From Octopus sinensis (taxonomy: Eukaryota), in NCBI RefSeq assembly GCF_006345805.1, contig NC_043006.1:95542001-95606000 (forward strand): a stretch of 64,000 bases of DNA, given 5' to 3'. The position numbers were made by a program, and so were the translations under genes. Shown piece by piece: positions 14,118 through 27,660 of this stretch. Within the stretch, counting starts at the first letter, position 1, and every line of letters begins with the position of its first letter. Under the pieces are notes generated by a model. It was not told where the DNA came from. It made no database searches and was given only the letters and a program-made list of their open reading frames with translations.

Positions 14118-15432
14118 TCCGTCACAAATTACACTACTACAAGGACCTTAGAATAATACGCAAGAAAATATTAAAAACATATATATTCAGAATAGTCACT
14201 ACCCAAGAATTTATTCAGAATAATTCCAATCACTACTATTACAACCACAACATGTCACTTTTAGGTCACTTGACCATTTAAGAGGATTCCACCAACATTC
14301 TACTGCTGCCATACCACTCCCGCATTTTTATTGTTCTTTCTCTTCTTTTCCTACTCCTCTTCTTCTTCTTCTTCTTCTTCTTCTTCTTCTTCTTCTTCAT
14401 CGCCTCCTTTCTCGGCTACTACTGCTGTTTAAACAGTCAAAACCAAGAACTCATATCAAATATAGAGGGTACTATTACTATCTGCTACCTGCTACCAATA
14501 TCTCACATGAGTAAAGGAGAGAGACAGAGACAAACAGAAATAGGAAAATGTACCTTGCATTTGAAATCTATGGAAATATTTAAAAAAAATATTTCATTTA
14601 ATTTTTCCACAATTTCACTGTTTTTCATTCTTTACTCTACATTTAAAAGTCTCTCTACCTTGTCTTATTCTCCATACGCATATCGGCCTTATGGGTGGGT
14701 GTGTATGTATATATATATATGCAAACATATATATTGAATATTTTTGGTAACCATGTGCGATTTAGATGAACTGAAATTAGTAATATGTGTTCCATATATA
14801 TTCAAGCGTGAAGTAAATATGACACGTTGAGATTAGATTGAATATACATGCATATATGTATAAATAATTATATGTATGTGTGCGTGTGTACTATGCTCGA
14901 AATAGGGAGTAGATAGACAGCCGAAAACTGATGAAGGGTCGGTCTTTGTATTCTTTGCATTACTTGCCTTGTTTTCCATTTGTTCTCTCCTTATATGCGT
15001 ATTTCAATCATTTTGTTTTCGTATTTCATGTTGTTTACTGTTGGTGACGTCTTGTACCCATACATGCATATATATAAATAATGTACATATATATATTTTT
15101 TACATTATATATATGTATATATATATATATGTATGTGTATATATATATATGTGTGTGTGTATGTATATCTGATATAATCATTGTATTGTGGCTAAAGGCT
15201 AACTGTGAGAAACACGAGGAGTGGCAGCATAGTGTAGGCAGTCACTAGAAAAGTACGTGGGGACAACGGTGATAGAAGCGGATAGACAGTTATATAGAAA
15301 AAAAAGATGGATAGATAAGAAGACAGAGAGGAACAACTGGCAATCAGATATAGAGACACAGAAAGTGAGAGACATATAGACCGATATATGCAGGAATATG
15401 TTGACAACTAGAGAGCAATAAATAATTATTCT

Positions 15433-15585
15433 TTTCTACTCTAGGCACAAGGCCCTAAATTTGGGGGGATGGGGCCATTAGATTAGATCGACACTAGTAC
15501 GCAACTGGTACTTAATGTATCGCCCCGAAAGGATGAAAGACAAAGTCGACTTCGGCGGAATTTGAACTAGAACGTAAAGACAGGC
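15433..15585 (-). mobile_element. SINE family 1, 5'-truncated (tail A)
   Basis: ggcacaaggcc...ccccgaaaggatgaaagacaaagtcgac...gaatttgaact. Confidence 0.85.
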
Positions 15586-15952
15586 AATAAGTAATTGTTA
15601 ATAAATCCTACAGTTATGAATAGATGTTGCGCATGCGTATGCATATATGTGTAAGTACTAATGTGCTTATGCGTGTGATTATGTGTATGTATCTGGGTGT
15701 ATGTTTGCGCCTGTAAAAGCATGGATTAGACTGAGTATTCGGATATGTGGATATAATATTTAATATAAATTTTAATTAACTCTGATGAATGTAATATTAT
15801 TTGTAAGATCAGCTAAATAAACTAATAAACCTGAATATAAGATGAATGGTAAATGTGGGACACATTTTCTCATAAACATCCTCCACACAGTGCTGCATTC
15901 AGGTTAAGCAATACAAACAGAAATTATACCGAATTAATAGTATGGGGGGGGG

Positions 15953-16324
15953 GGCAGAAACGTTAGCACGCCGGGCGAAATGCGTAGCCGTATTTGGTCT
16001 GCCGTTACATTCTGAGTTTAAATTCCGCCGACGTCGACTTTGCCTTTCATCCTTTCAGGGTGGATTAAATACGTACCAGTTACGTACTGGGGTCGATATA
16101 ATCGACCTAATCCGTTTGTGTCTCCTTGTTTGTCATCTCTGTGTTTAGCCCCTCGTGGGTAGTAGAGAAATATGTATTTCGTCTGTCCATGTTCTGAGAT
16201 CAAATTTCACCGAGGTCGACTTTGACTATAGGGGTCGATAAACTAAGTACCAGCTGTGTACTGGCGTAGATCTAAAAATTCCCGCCCCAAAATTACGGGT
16301 CTTCTGCCTAGAATATAAAAGGAT
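15953..16324 (+). mobile_element. Dimeric SINE family 1
   Basis: Full monomer, junction gtagtagagaaatatgtatttcgtc (~16159-16183), then a second truncated monomer with tail A. Confidence 0.85.
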
Positions 16325-16344
16325 ATAATCTTGCTTTTGTCTTT

Positions 16345-16549
16345 TATATTATAGACACAAGGCCTGAACTTTGAGAGGAGGGAAATGGTCGATTAGATCG
16401 ACTTCAGTACGCAACTGGTACTATATTAATCGCCCCTAAAGTATGAAAGTTGAAGTCGACGTCGGTGGAAGTTGAACTCTGAACGTAGCGACGGACGAAA
16501 GACCCTTAAACATTTCATCCAGCGTGCTAAAGACTCTGCCAGCACGCCG
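16345..16549 (-). mobile_element. SINE family 1 (tail A)
   Basis: gacacaaggcctgaa...gtcgacgtcggtggaagttgaactc...ctctgccagcacgcc. Confidence 0.8.
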
Positions 16550-16877
16550 CGTTGTCGGTTCTTATCTTGTTTCCGCACAGTTTCTTACACACCATGTACG
16601 TTACCTCTGTATTAGATACGTTATAATTGCTTTCTTGGAGAGACATAATTCCTCAGATTTAGTGGCGATGTACAGTGGATTATATCGGCTTCAGTATTTT
16701 AATAGCAATAAATTTATTGACCTGCAAAAGGAAGAAAAATAGAGATGACTCCCGACAGAAGTTGAAGGCAGTTCTCAAAGCGAGGTGGCTAAACACTACA
16801 ATTCATTTGTGCTCGGCTCTCGTGACATTGGCAATCCAACGTTTCGATTCCTTTATATAATTTGATTCAAAATTCTT

Positions 16878-17090
16878 TTATTGTTTTATTCTTTTATTGG
16901 TTTCAGTCATCTTACTGTGGCCATACTGGAGAACCGCTTTTAGTCGAACAAATTGATCCCAATACTTGTTCTTTGTAAGCCTAGTATTAATTATATCGAT
17001 ATCTTTTGCCGAAATGCTATGTTACGTGGATCTAAACACACCAACATCTGCTGTCAAGCGAGGACTGGGGACAAACACAGACACGTAAAC

Positions 17091-17142
<52 letters not shown>

Positions 17143-17218
17143 TTCACGAACCGGCTGTTCCATTGATCGGATGAACTGTAACCCTCGTCGTCGTAACCGA
17201 CGGAGTGCCGCGATGACG

Positions 17219-17269
<51 letters not shown>

Positions 17270-17464
17270 GTTAATCCAAACATGAACAAGGAAGAAAAAC
17301 AACGCGAAGACGTGGAGTACGTACAGTGTTATTGGACGCTCAGGAAAGGAAGGAAAGAAAGAGGATATCACGTTTCGAGAGAAGCTCGTCATCAGAAATA
17401 TAGGAAAAGTCCAAAGAAGGGAAGACGGATAAAGAAAATCGCCAACGATACACACGCGCTCACA

Positions 17465-17552
<88 letters not shown>

Positions 17553-17698
17553 ATTTATACGACGGGCTTCTTTCAATTTCCCTCGACCGTATCCACTCAC
17601 AAAGCCCGATGCTATAGTAGAAGACACTTGCCAAGGTGCTACTCAGTGGGATTGAACCCGGAATCATGTGGTTGGTAAGCAAGCTACTTACACAGCCG
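16878..17698 (-). mobile_element. SINE family 2 split by an insertion in its internal microsatellite
   Basis: Tail 16878-17090 and head 17557-17698 flank (TA)n plus the composite segment 17141-17466. Confidence 0.8.
17275..17466 (-). mobile_element. Short pLTR-like element with decayed minimal hammerhead
   Basis: Minus strand CTGATGA-C-GAG-cttct-CTC-GAAAC-GT-G at 17369-17395; inverted twin of 19978-20178. Confidence 0.6.
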
Positions 17699-18559
17699 GC
17701 AAATTAGTCCGTTACATCTTTCTCAGTATTAAATTGGTATTTTATTTTAACTACTCTGAAGGGATAAAAAGCAAAATTGACCCCGGCAAGATTTGTGCTC
17801 AGAACACGCAGATGAGGAGCAGTGTGTGGTATTTTCCAGAAGTACAAGTCATTCAGGTAGTTTTTGTATTTGCATTGTTTCTCTAAGGATTTCTGATTTA
17901 AGCACAAGATCAATCATTTTTAGGGGGCGGCCTTACAAAAACCCATCGAAGCGAATACTTGAATTGTATTTAATTTTAAGGAATTTGAAAGGATTATCGA
18001 TAAAGATGACCTCAGCAGTATTTGGATTCAGAACATAACGATCCGGAAGACACAGCGGCACTTTAAAGATTCTATCAATTAGTTACCTGTATCGTTTATA
18101 TTCTGCAAGGTTTTCTTTCGCGCCGTTGCTACTCTGTATAGTTAGAATGAAGGAAACTGCTAAGGTTTCATAGAATTACTCAACAATAACATTTGTATTG
18201 AGATCATTTTTAAAAGGAAGAAGAATCGCTGAAATAGTTTGGCTGCGAAACTGACAAATATCAGCCGCATCAAATATTAGCGACATTTTTTGGCACCCCA
18301 CATTAAATTAATGAGAAGACAAAATACAGGTGGCATCCATGTAATTCTTTTGTAAATTTATATTATTAGACAAGTTTAAAACGTTGGAAGCCATCTTAAT
18401 TACATTAAACATGGGGATTTGGCAGCGCGTTTACAATCGTCACAATTGCCTCTCTATAACGAAACAGGCTTAAATTGACCGTAATTCTTCTAATTTTCTT
18501 TTAACTTTTGAATCTTATCATACACACAAGCACACACATACACACACACACACGCGCAT

Positions 18560-18590
<31 letters not shown>

Positions 18591-18826
18591 CACATAAAGC
18601 ATGCATACATACATATATATATATATACACTTTTGCACACGCATTCATACATGCATGTGCATATATGCACACACATGTCTTCTTGTCTCTTGATCACACT
18701 GTAAATGTGAACACCGCTTACTCTGGTTAATGCTAAATGCTTCTTATTAAAGCGAGGCCAATTACTTTGTGTATTATTCTTGTAAACGGTTTTTATGAAA
18801 CAGTTCCACGAGTTGCGAAAGAATCG

Positions 18827-19437
18827 TTTCTACGCTAGGCACAAGGCCCGAAATTTTGGGGGAGGGAGCCAATCGATTAAATCGACCCCAGTACGCAACT
18901 GGTACTTAATTTGTCGACCCCAAAAGGATGACAGACAAATTCGACCTCCGCGGAATTTGAACTGAGAACGTAAAAACTAACGAAATACCGCTTACCATTT
19001 CACCCGGCGTGCTAACGTTTCTTCTTACTTTATTGCCCACAAGGGACTAAACACAGAGGGAACAAACAAGGACAGACAAAGGGATTAAATCGATTACAAC
19101 GACCCCAGTGCGTAACTGGTACTTAATTTGTCGACCCCGAAAGGATGAAAGGCAAATTCGACATCGGCAGAATTTGAACTCAGAACGTAATACCAGACGA
19201 AATACCTATTTCTTTACTACCCACAAGGGGCTAAACACAGAGAAGACAAACAAGGACAGACAAACGGATTAAGTCGATTACATCGACCCCAGTGCGTAAC
19301 TGGTACTTATTTGATCAACCCCGAAAGTTTGAAAGGCAAAGTCGACCTCGGCGGAATTTGAACTGAGAACGTAAAAACTAACGAAGTACCGCTTAGCATT
19401 TCGCCCGGCGTGCTAACGTTTCTGCCAGCTCGGCGCC
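18827..19437 (-). mobile_element. Three head-to-tail SINE family 1 monomers
   Basis: Monomers at ~18827-19022, ~19025-19208 and ~19209-19437. Confidence 0.9.
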
Positions 19438-19977
19438 CGATGGGTTGCTGAATAACGTACACAACGTTGCATGCCTAACAACATCATCGTTCCTACACAA
19501 TAGACACGATCAGTGCATAGACAACATGCAGTTGTAAAAATGAATTTCAATCATAAAATACGAATGATATCAATAGCTTCATGTTTCGATTTTTATTCTA
19601 GATGCTACAAGACGTTTCACTTTCCACTCCAGAAATGTTCTTTGTTACAACAAAAGACAATATCTAGAAATGATATTGTTTAATGTAAAAGGTGAAACTT
19701 CAGTATAACTTTTATCTTATAGCTTTTACTTGTTTCAGTCATCAGATTGCAGCTATACTTAAAGACTTTTAATCAATGATATCGACTCTCGTATATATTT
19801 TTTAGCATGGTGCTTATTCTATCGTTTCCTTTTACCGAACCGCTAGATACGAATACGAAAACATATCAAGACCAGTTGACAAGCGGCGTTGGAAGACAAA
19901 CACAGACGTAAAGACAGGCACACAGACACACACATAGCTCTATATATATGTGTATGTGTGTGTGTGCGTATGTATAT

Positions 19978-20172
19978 ATTGTGAGCGCGTGTGTATCGTT
20001 GGCGATTTTCTTTATCCGTCTTCCCTTCTTTGGACTTTTCCTATATTTCTGATGACGAGCTCCTCTCGAAACGTGGTATCCTCTTTCTTTTCCTTCCTTT
20101 CCTGAGCGTCCAATAACACTGTACGTACTCCACGTCTTCGCGTTGTTTTTCTTCCTTGTTCATGTTTGGATA

Positions 20173-20178
<6 letters not shown>
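19978..20178 (+). mobile_element. Short pLTR-like element with decayed minimal hammerhead
   Basis: CTGATGA-C-GAG-ctcct-CTC-GAAAC-GT-G at 20049-20075; stem I does not pair; ends in (TA)n. Confidence 0.6.
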
Positions 20179-20206
<28 letters not shown>

Positions 20207-20210
<4 letters not shown>

Positions 20211-20570
20211 TCGTCGTGCACTCCGTCGGTTACGACGACGAGGGTTACAGTTCATCCGATCAATGGAACAGCCGGTTCGTGAAATTAACGTGCAAGTGGC
20301 TGAGAATGTAATTTTCGGGGAGATTCAGCGTGACACGGAGTGTGACAAGGCTATCCCCTTTGAACTTCAGGTATAACAGAAACAGGAAGAAAGAGGGAGA
20401 GAAAGTTGTGGTGAAAAGTAGAGCAGGGGACGTCAACATCCCCTGCTGGAGTTTCGGAGAGCTATTGGTGATTTCGCTAAATAAACACTCACAACGTCCG
20501 GCGTTGAAATCGAATTTGCCGTCTTACGACCGCGAGTCTGCTGTTCTAAGCACTGAGGCATTGCACCTCC
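20207..20570 (-). mobile_element. tRNA-derived SINE family 3
   Basis: Minus-strand head ggaggtgcaatgcctcagtgcttagaacagcagactcgcggtcgtaagacggcaaattcgatttc (A/B-box-like). Confidence 0.75.
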
Positions 20571-20724
20571 ACCACAAACACACACACACACACACAGATA
20601 TATATACATACATATATATATATACAGTAATCCCTCACCATGTCGCGGTTCGCCTATCGCGGTTCACTATTTTAACTTACTTTGATTCCTTCGTGGTTTT
20701 GTTTATAATAAAATAAATATACGA

Positions 20725-21108
20725 GCAGGAGTGGCTGTGTGGTAAGTAGCTTGCTTACCAACCACATGGTTCCGGGTTCAGTCCCACTGCGTGGCACCTT
20801 GGGCGAGTGTCTTCTACTATAGCCTCAGGCCAACCAATGCCTTGTGAGTAGATTTGGTAGACGGAAACTGAAAGAAGCTTGTCGTATATATATGTGTGTT
20901 TGTGTGTCTGTGTTTGTCCCCTTAGCATCGCTTGACAACCGATGCTGGTGTGTTTATGTCCCCGTTACTTAGCGGTTCGGCAAAAGAGACCGATAGAATA
21001 AGTACTGGGCTTACAAAAGAATAAGTCCCGGGGTCGAGTTGCTCGATTAAAGGCGGTGCTCCAGCATGGCTGCAGTCAAAAGACTGAAACAAGTAAAAGA
21101 GTAAAGAG
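20725..21108 (+). mobile_element. Full-length tRNA-derived SINE family 2
   Basis: ggagtggctgtgtggtaag (A-box-like), gggttcagtccc (B-box-like), internal (TA/TG)n, tail ctgaaacaagtaaaagag. Confidence 0.9.
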
Positions 21109-21479
21109 TATACAAAATATAAGAATATTATTTAAAATACTCTTTCTACTTCTCTGAATTTGGAACGTAGCACCCGACGGCTTTCTTTCAATAATATATT
21201 GGAATACACCTTTCAATATATATTGGAATACACCTGCCGAAGGCGCCCTGGAGGGTGATTGAACCCGGTACCACGTAGTTATGAAGAAAACTTCTTCTCC
21301 CACAGACTTACCAACGCCTACAAGAATGTTACAACAACAAAATCATTTCGAGAAAAGAAATTGAGTAATGGTAACACTAAAACCGTGATGTCTTAATATT
21401 AGTGTCTGGGTTAAACTTCAATACTTGTTTAACTTCTCTCTCCTCAAATTATGAAGCACATTATAAATATTTCATTTAT

Positions 21480-21647
21480 ATATTACCGAGTCATTTGCTG
21501 TAGCTCTACATTCTATATACATAGACACAATACGTATATATATATATATTATATATATATATAATATATATATAATATGTGTGGTGTGTGTGGTGTGTGT
21601 GTGTATGTATACACACAAGTGTGTATGTGCATATTTTTTCCGTGATA

Positions 21648-21734
<87 letters not shown>

Positions 21735-21970
21735 ATACACACAAGTGTGTATATCATATATATATATAGAGAGAAATATATACAGACACATGTATATGTA
21801 AGAGCATACCTGCGTCAGGGTATTTTGTCCTATATATTTACTTGTATGGTTGTGTATTGTTACTTCCTAATATTACAGTTTTTTAATGAATAAACATAAA
21901 AATACACGTGTATAATGCCCTTCTCTGCCTCGCACCTCTCTGTCTCATCCCACTCTCTTTCTCTCTCCCT

Positions 21971-22008
<38 letters not shown>

Positions 22009-22035
22009 GCATACATATACATCTACATTCTTATG

Positions 22036-22075
<40 letters not shown>

Positions 22076-22302
22076 AACACACATATATATATGTATATAT
22101 ATGTATATATGCATATATGTATGTACGTATGTACGTATGTACGCATGCACGCATGTGTGCATGTATGATGTATGTATGCATGTATGTATGTATTTATGTA
22201 TGGCCGCATGCCGTCACGTATCTTTGTATGTATGAATGTGTTATCATGTACATAATTTTTTCAGATCTCTCTTTACAATTATTGTTATTACTGTTTTTAT
22301 TG

Positions 22303-22357
<55 letters not shown>

Positions 22358-22831
22358 CATTACTCGATACGTTCTTAAATTTGGACATTCGCATTCCGAT
22401 AATTTTTTCCTTTTTTTAAAAAAAATTTTTTTGTAAATCATCACTTTTATTCATTCATTTATTTTTTTTTTATTTTTGTGTAGCTATATATATTTATATT
22501 TATATTTTGTTTACGCCATTCAACTTAATGACAATTTAGGAGTCCCTACCAGAATAAATTTGCATATTTAATATAAAGAACAGTAATATGTAGATTTAAT
22601 AGCAGCTCGGATACACTGAAATATTTATAATTTAACTGTTTTTGTTTTTACTCCATTTATCATTATATTTTTTCGTGTATTTTTTTCGTGTCGCATTAAT
22701 TTGATATATTTTTACCATGCATCCAAGTAGGAGCAGTTTTTTAAAATTTTCTTTTTCTCCCGATGATTGAAACACTTCACACACAGTTATGTACATATAT
22801 TCACGTATACATACATCTATATAATGTATGC

Positions 22832-22926
<95 letters not shown>

Positions 22927-23180
22927 ATATGTATGTATCTATCTATGTATGTATATATATGCACACACACGTATATCTAAACAAGCTATCAATCATACTA
23001 TCAACCTATATACACAACCACTCACACACGCGCACACACAGGCATATACACAAACACACATATATAAATATACGTACATATACAGAAAGAGAAGAGAGAG
23101 AGAGAGAGAGAGAGAGACGGAGCGATAGAAATAGACATACAGGCAGACAGACAAACAGATAGATAGATAGATTGATAGAT

Positions 23181-23270
<90 letters not shown>

Positions 23271-23457
23271 ATAGATATATATGTTTTTGTAAGGCCAGGT
23301 AGGAAAGTCCATAAATAGATAGATTAAATGGGCTGATATCAAGGAAACTGCGGGAAATGCGGAGAGCTACCTGCTGCGTGAAACCATTACAGTAAAGTAA
23401 TAAAGTATATTCTATAGTCACACACATATACGCATAGCTGCTTGTATATATATATAT

Positions 23458-23509
<52 letters not shown>

Positions 23510-23653
23510 CATATATATCTATATATATATATATATATATATTTGTGTCAATATATTATCTACCCACCCAGTCTTCTCTATTTCGACATACATGTACATA
23601 ATGACATACACTTTGCATATACATATGCACACAGACAGACAAGCACGCATTCA

Positions 23654-23685
<32 letters not shown>

Positions 23686-24067
23686 CACACGCACGTACAA
23701 TGCAATCATTAGGTGAGTGTGCATGTGTCTACGTAGTTCTCAATGACGGGTTTCGGTTTTAGTTTATCTGTTAAAAGGCAATGACAAATCAACATGATAT
23801 AAAACCGCACAACAGATTATATATATATAGATGCTTGTATCTGTGAGCACTCTCCTTTATCATGTACAAGAACTTTTATGACACTAACGATATCGGGGAT
23901 GAGATTTTTCTTTGTTTTTCTTTCTCTCAACTTTATTTTGTACGAACTAGTTTATTTCTATCTCACTGTTATACTCCATCTCTCCAATTGAAAGCCATAT
24001 CGACTTTCCTATTCACCACACACACACGCCCTCATAAATATATACATATACCTATACACACACACAC

Positions 24068-24108
<41 letters not shown>

Positions 24109-24251
24109 TGTGTGTGTGTTTAAATATGCATTTATATATACATACATGCACACTTATTTATACATATATATACGTATATACTTATATATATATAAACATA
24201 TATAAATATATATATGTTTATATATATATATATATAGATATATATACATAG

Positions 24252-24297
<46 letters not shown>

Positions 24298-24319
24298 CAT
24301 TATATATATGTATATCGCG

Positions 24320-24356
<37 letters not shown>

Positions 24357-24360
24357 CACA
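21480..24360. repeat. Microsatellite-dense block: (TA)n, (TG)n, (CT)n, (TTA)n, (GATA)n at ~23160-23275
   Basis: Direct inspection. Confidence 0.9.
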
Positions 24361-25288
24361 CAGATATATTATTCTGCTTGTGTGTATGATTTAACCATAA
24401 TGAGGTGAAAGAAATTAACTGAAAAAGTATCCACTGCCATGTATCTGAACAACGCAGACAAATACAGTTACTTCTAATAGCAAACAACATACAATCTTGA
24501 TTTGTTGAAATTTTCTCCGTCCCTAGATAATGTGTAATTGAAGACAACCTCTAAACGCGAAGACGATATACGCTAAAGAACCAAGATTTGTTGAAAATTG
24601 ACATGTCATTAATCAAATAATAGAAATAGGCTGAATACATGTAGGGTCAATGGGTGGAGAAAGATTTGAACAATTGTCGAGCCCATTTCAATAAGAAATG
24701 TATGTTGTATGGTATTTATCATACCTGTGCTTATATTCGTTCTTTAAATAAATGCAACTGGCAAATCTAAGTTATTTCTTTTACGATAGTTTTGTCTGAA
24801 TTACTTAGGCCATGAATATATTCCATTCTTTTTTCCCCCTTTGGGTTAGTCTAAATCCCTTGCGCACTGCAGATGGGAGAACTGCTGTCCTGATGACAAT
24901 AACCGAAGCGGAAACATATCTACGACAATCCTTCTCCTTCGTACATGTGAAATTTGGAGAAATTCTTAATTTTGAGAACATCTATCCCTCACATACAGTG
25001 CTGGATTTATAATTACTATAATGTAATAATGACGCATCATCTGGAGTTGGAGATAATTTCAATAAATTAAGAATTTATGTAGTATGGTATTTGATATATC
25101 TGTATATGTCCTCTCTCTCTCCCTCCCTCTGTCTCTCTCTCTCTTTCTTTGTATATATATATATGTATGTAGGTGTGTATGTGTATGTATGTATGTATTT
25201 ATATATATATATATATGTTCTGCATTTGTTGCTGAGCGATAGGAGGTCTCTGATGTTAAATATTAAAATTGATGGGCGCATACGCACC

Positions 25289-25322
<34 letters not shown>

Positions 25323-25339
25323 TTATATACTATATACTA

Positions 25340-25530
25340 TATATATGGTAAAAAATATACAAAAAGTATGCAAAAACAGAGAAAGAAAGGCTAAAGAACA
25401 ACTAACAGGGTGTGTCAGTTTCATGATCAAGGGAAATAGAAGCAGTCGTTAATGTTTCGAACCTACGTTCTTCTACAGTTTGTATAGGCCAAGATAGAAA
25501 GAAACAGGTGTGCAAAAACGCGTTTGAATT
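25340..25530 (-). mobile_element. Decayed copy of the minimal-hammerhead pLTR-like family
   Basis: Minus strand ctgtaga-a-gaac-gtag-gttc-cgaaacatt; abuts (TA)n. Confidence 0.45.
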
Positions 25531-25644
25531 TAACAAAGCATGTTGAAGTGGATGCAAATTGTTTTATTCTTTTAACTTGTGTTTCTTTTTCAGTCATTTG
25601 ACTGCGGCCACAAATATATATATATATATACATATACATGTATA

Positions 25645-25683
<39 letters not shown>

Positions 25684-25802
25684 ATATATATATATTATAT
25701 AGTATAATATAGTTAATATAAATATAAATATGTATGTATACATACGTATATATATATATATAATATATATAGGTATATATCAGTGTATATTATGTATGCA
25801 TG

Positions 25803-25835
<33 letters not shown>

Positions 25836-25883
25836 TATATTATATAATATATACGCATGCAGGTGCAGGCATTTATATTTACT

Positions 25884-26150
25884 GGTGTATGCGCCCATCA
25901 CTTTTAATATTTAACATCAGAGGCCTCCTGTCGTTCAACAACAAAAGCAAATGCTATATCCGAAAAAATCTTTTCGCGTGCAATCAAGCAATATTCATAT
26001 CACTTACTAAAGCGCATCTATTCAAAGATCCAGCTAATGCAGAGATTCACATATTTTGCGGTTCGTAAAGATAGAAAAGGAAGAAATCATGGCTATGCCT
26101 ATTCTAATTATCTAAGATTGAGATGGCTTGAAAGCTGGCGAAATGAGATA
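25884..26150 (+). pseudogene. LINE apurinic-endonuclease N-terminal remnant
   Basis: LLIFNIRGL...IFISLTKAHL..D...AEIHI, frameshift, FAVRKDRKGRNHG matches the NIRGL...LTETHL...RxDR..R..GG APE pattern. Confidence 0.7.
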
Positions 26151-26389
26151 AAGTCCTAAGAAAGGATGGTATAACAACGGGAATTTTAGGAAATAGGTGA
26201 GAAGAGCTGTGGGAATTTCTCGTTCTATGTATAATTGATATTTGAGATGAAGAAAAATAACATCGCTTGGAAAGGAATCGAACGCTACTTTGCATTATAA
26301 AAAGTGTGATGAGGAAGATAGGAAAAGTGATGCATTAAGTGCTTCCTCTCTAACTTCTACAAGCTTTTTAAACGCCCATATATTTCCTA

Positions 26390-26778
26390 CTAGTTGTTGG
26401 AGTCTTTAGACTGCGGTCATGCTGAGCACCTCCCCGAACCACATTTAGTCCAATAAATGAACCCAGTGAATTTTTAAAAAAATGGAACTTATTCTATCGG
26501 CCTCATTTTGCTAACCGTTAAGTTACAGGGATATAAACACACGAACACCGGTTGTAAAGTGGTGGTGGTGGTGGTGGTGGTGGTGGAGAAACACACACAC
26601 ACATATATGTATATACGGTGGACTTTTTTCAGTTTCTGTCTACTAAACCCGCTCATAACGCTTCGGTCGGACTGAACCTAGAATAGAAGACATTTGACAA
26701 AGATTCCACGCTGTGGGACTGAATTGGGAACCATGTGGTTGGGAAGTAAGCTTCTTACCCTCCTGCCACGCCTGCGCC
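26390..26778 (-). mobile_element. Diverged SINE family 2
   Basis: gactgcggtcatgctg...cagtttctgtctac...gtgggactgaa...accatgtggttgg. Confidence 0.75.
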
Positions 26779-26799
26779 ATAGTCACCAGAAGTTCGAAA

Positions 26800-27660
26800 T
26801 GATTTAAGGTAAAGAAACAAACAAGTATGCAGAACTACCGCTCGATTGACCGCATATTCTATAGAACAAAGCGTTTAGAATGAGTGAAAGCGTACCAGTG
26901 GCCTCTTTCAATCGCTTTCATTGACTCGATGGCGTCAAGATGCATGTATCTCTGAAGTCTATGAAGAAGCAAGAAGCAGGGAGAAGAGCTGCCTGTGTAC
27001 TTCCAATAAAGCTATATTTATCCAAAGGCGATCTGGTTAAACAGAGAATTCATCAAGGACATACCACCTTTTCAGAGTTCTTTACTCCCTGTCTCGAAAT
27101 GATCAAATGAAACATTCACTGGAAAGTGGCGTGAACATCAGCTACGAGCAACTAAAATATACCTTCGGTTCGAAAACGACATAGCACTCTTAGCAAAAAC
27201 CTCAGCTCAGCTATACACCAAGATGTTATGGGGGAAATTTGGATTTCAACAGGATTGTGAATAAAACACATAAATAAATGGGAAGAAAATAACTCGTGAA
27301 TAACTCTCGCGGTCCTAAAATGTAACTCAGGTTCGAAAATTTGTGAAAGGCGATGATTAATGAAGTACAGGAACAAGTCTACTATGAATTAGCATTAGAT
27401 GTATGCGTAGATATGAACGCTGAAATCTCTTCTAGATTTAGAGTAGGGTAAATGGCATTTGTCACTATTAAACATCAACTCCATGCACGGCTAGACAAAA
27501 CCCTGCGTGAAAATATCTCCAACAGCTACGACCTGCCAGTGATTTTAAATGCAAGTGAGATGGGGACTATTACGCAGAGGAAAAGTAACGCGATTGGGCA
27601 TGACACAAAGGGCCACCGAAAGATCTATGCAAGAGCTACTAATGAACACAAAGATGTGTG
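26800..27660 (+). pseudogene. Decayed RTE-clade LINE reverse transcriptase region
   Basis: SIDRIF...LE*VKAYQWPLSIAFID (TIDHIF..EY.LPL.IAFID) and DMNAEISSRFRVG*MAF...LDKTLR..I.NS..LP..L.ASE. Confidence 0.7.
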
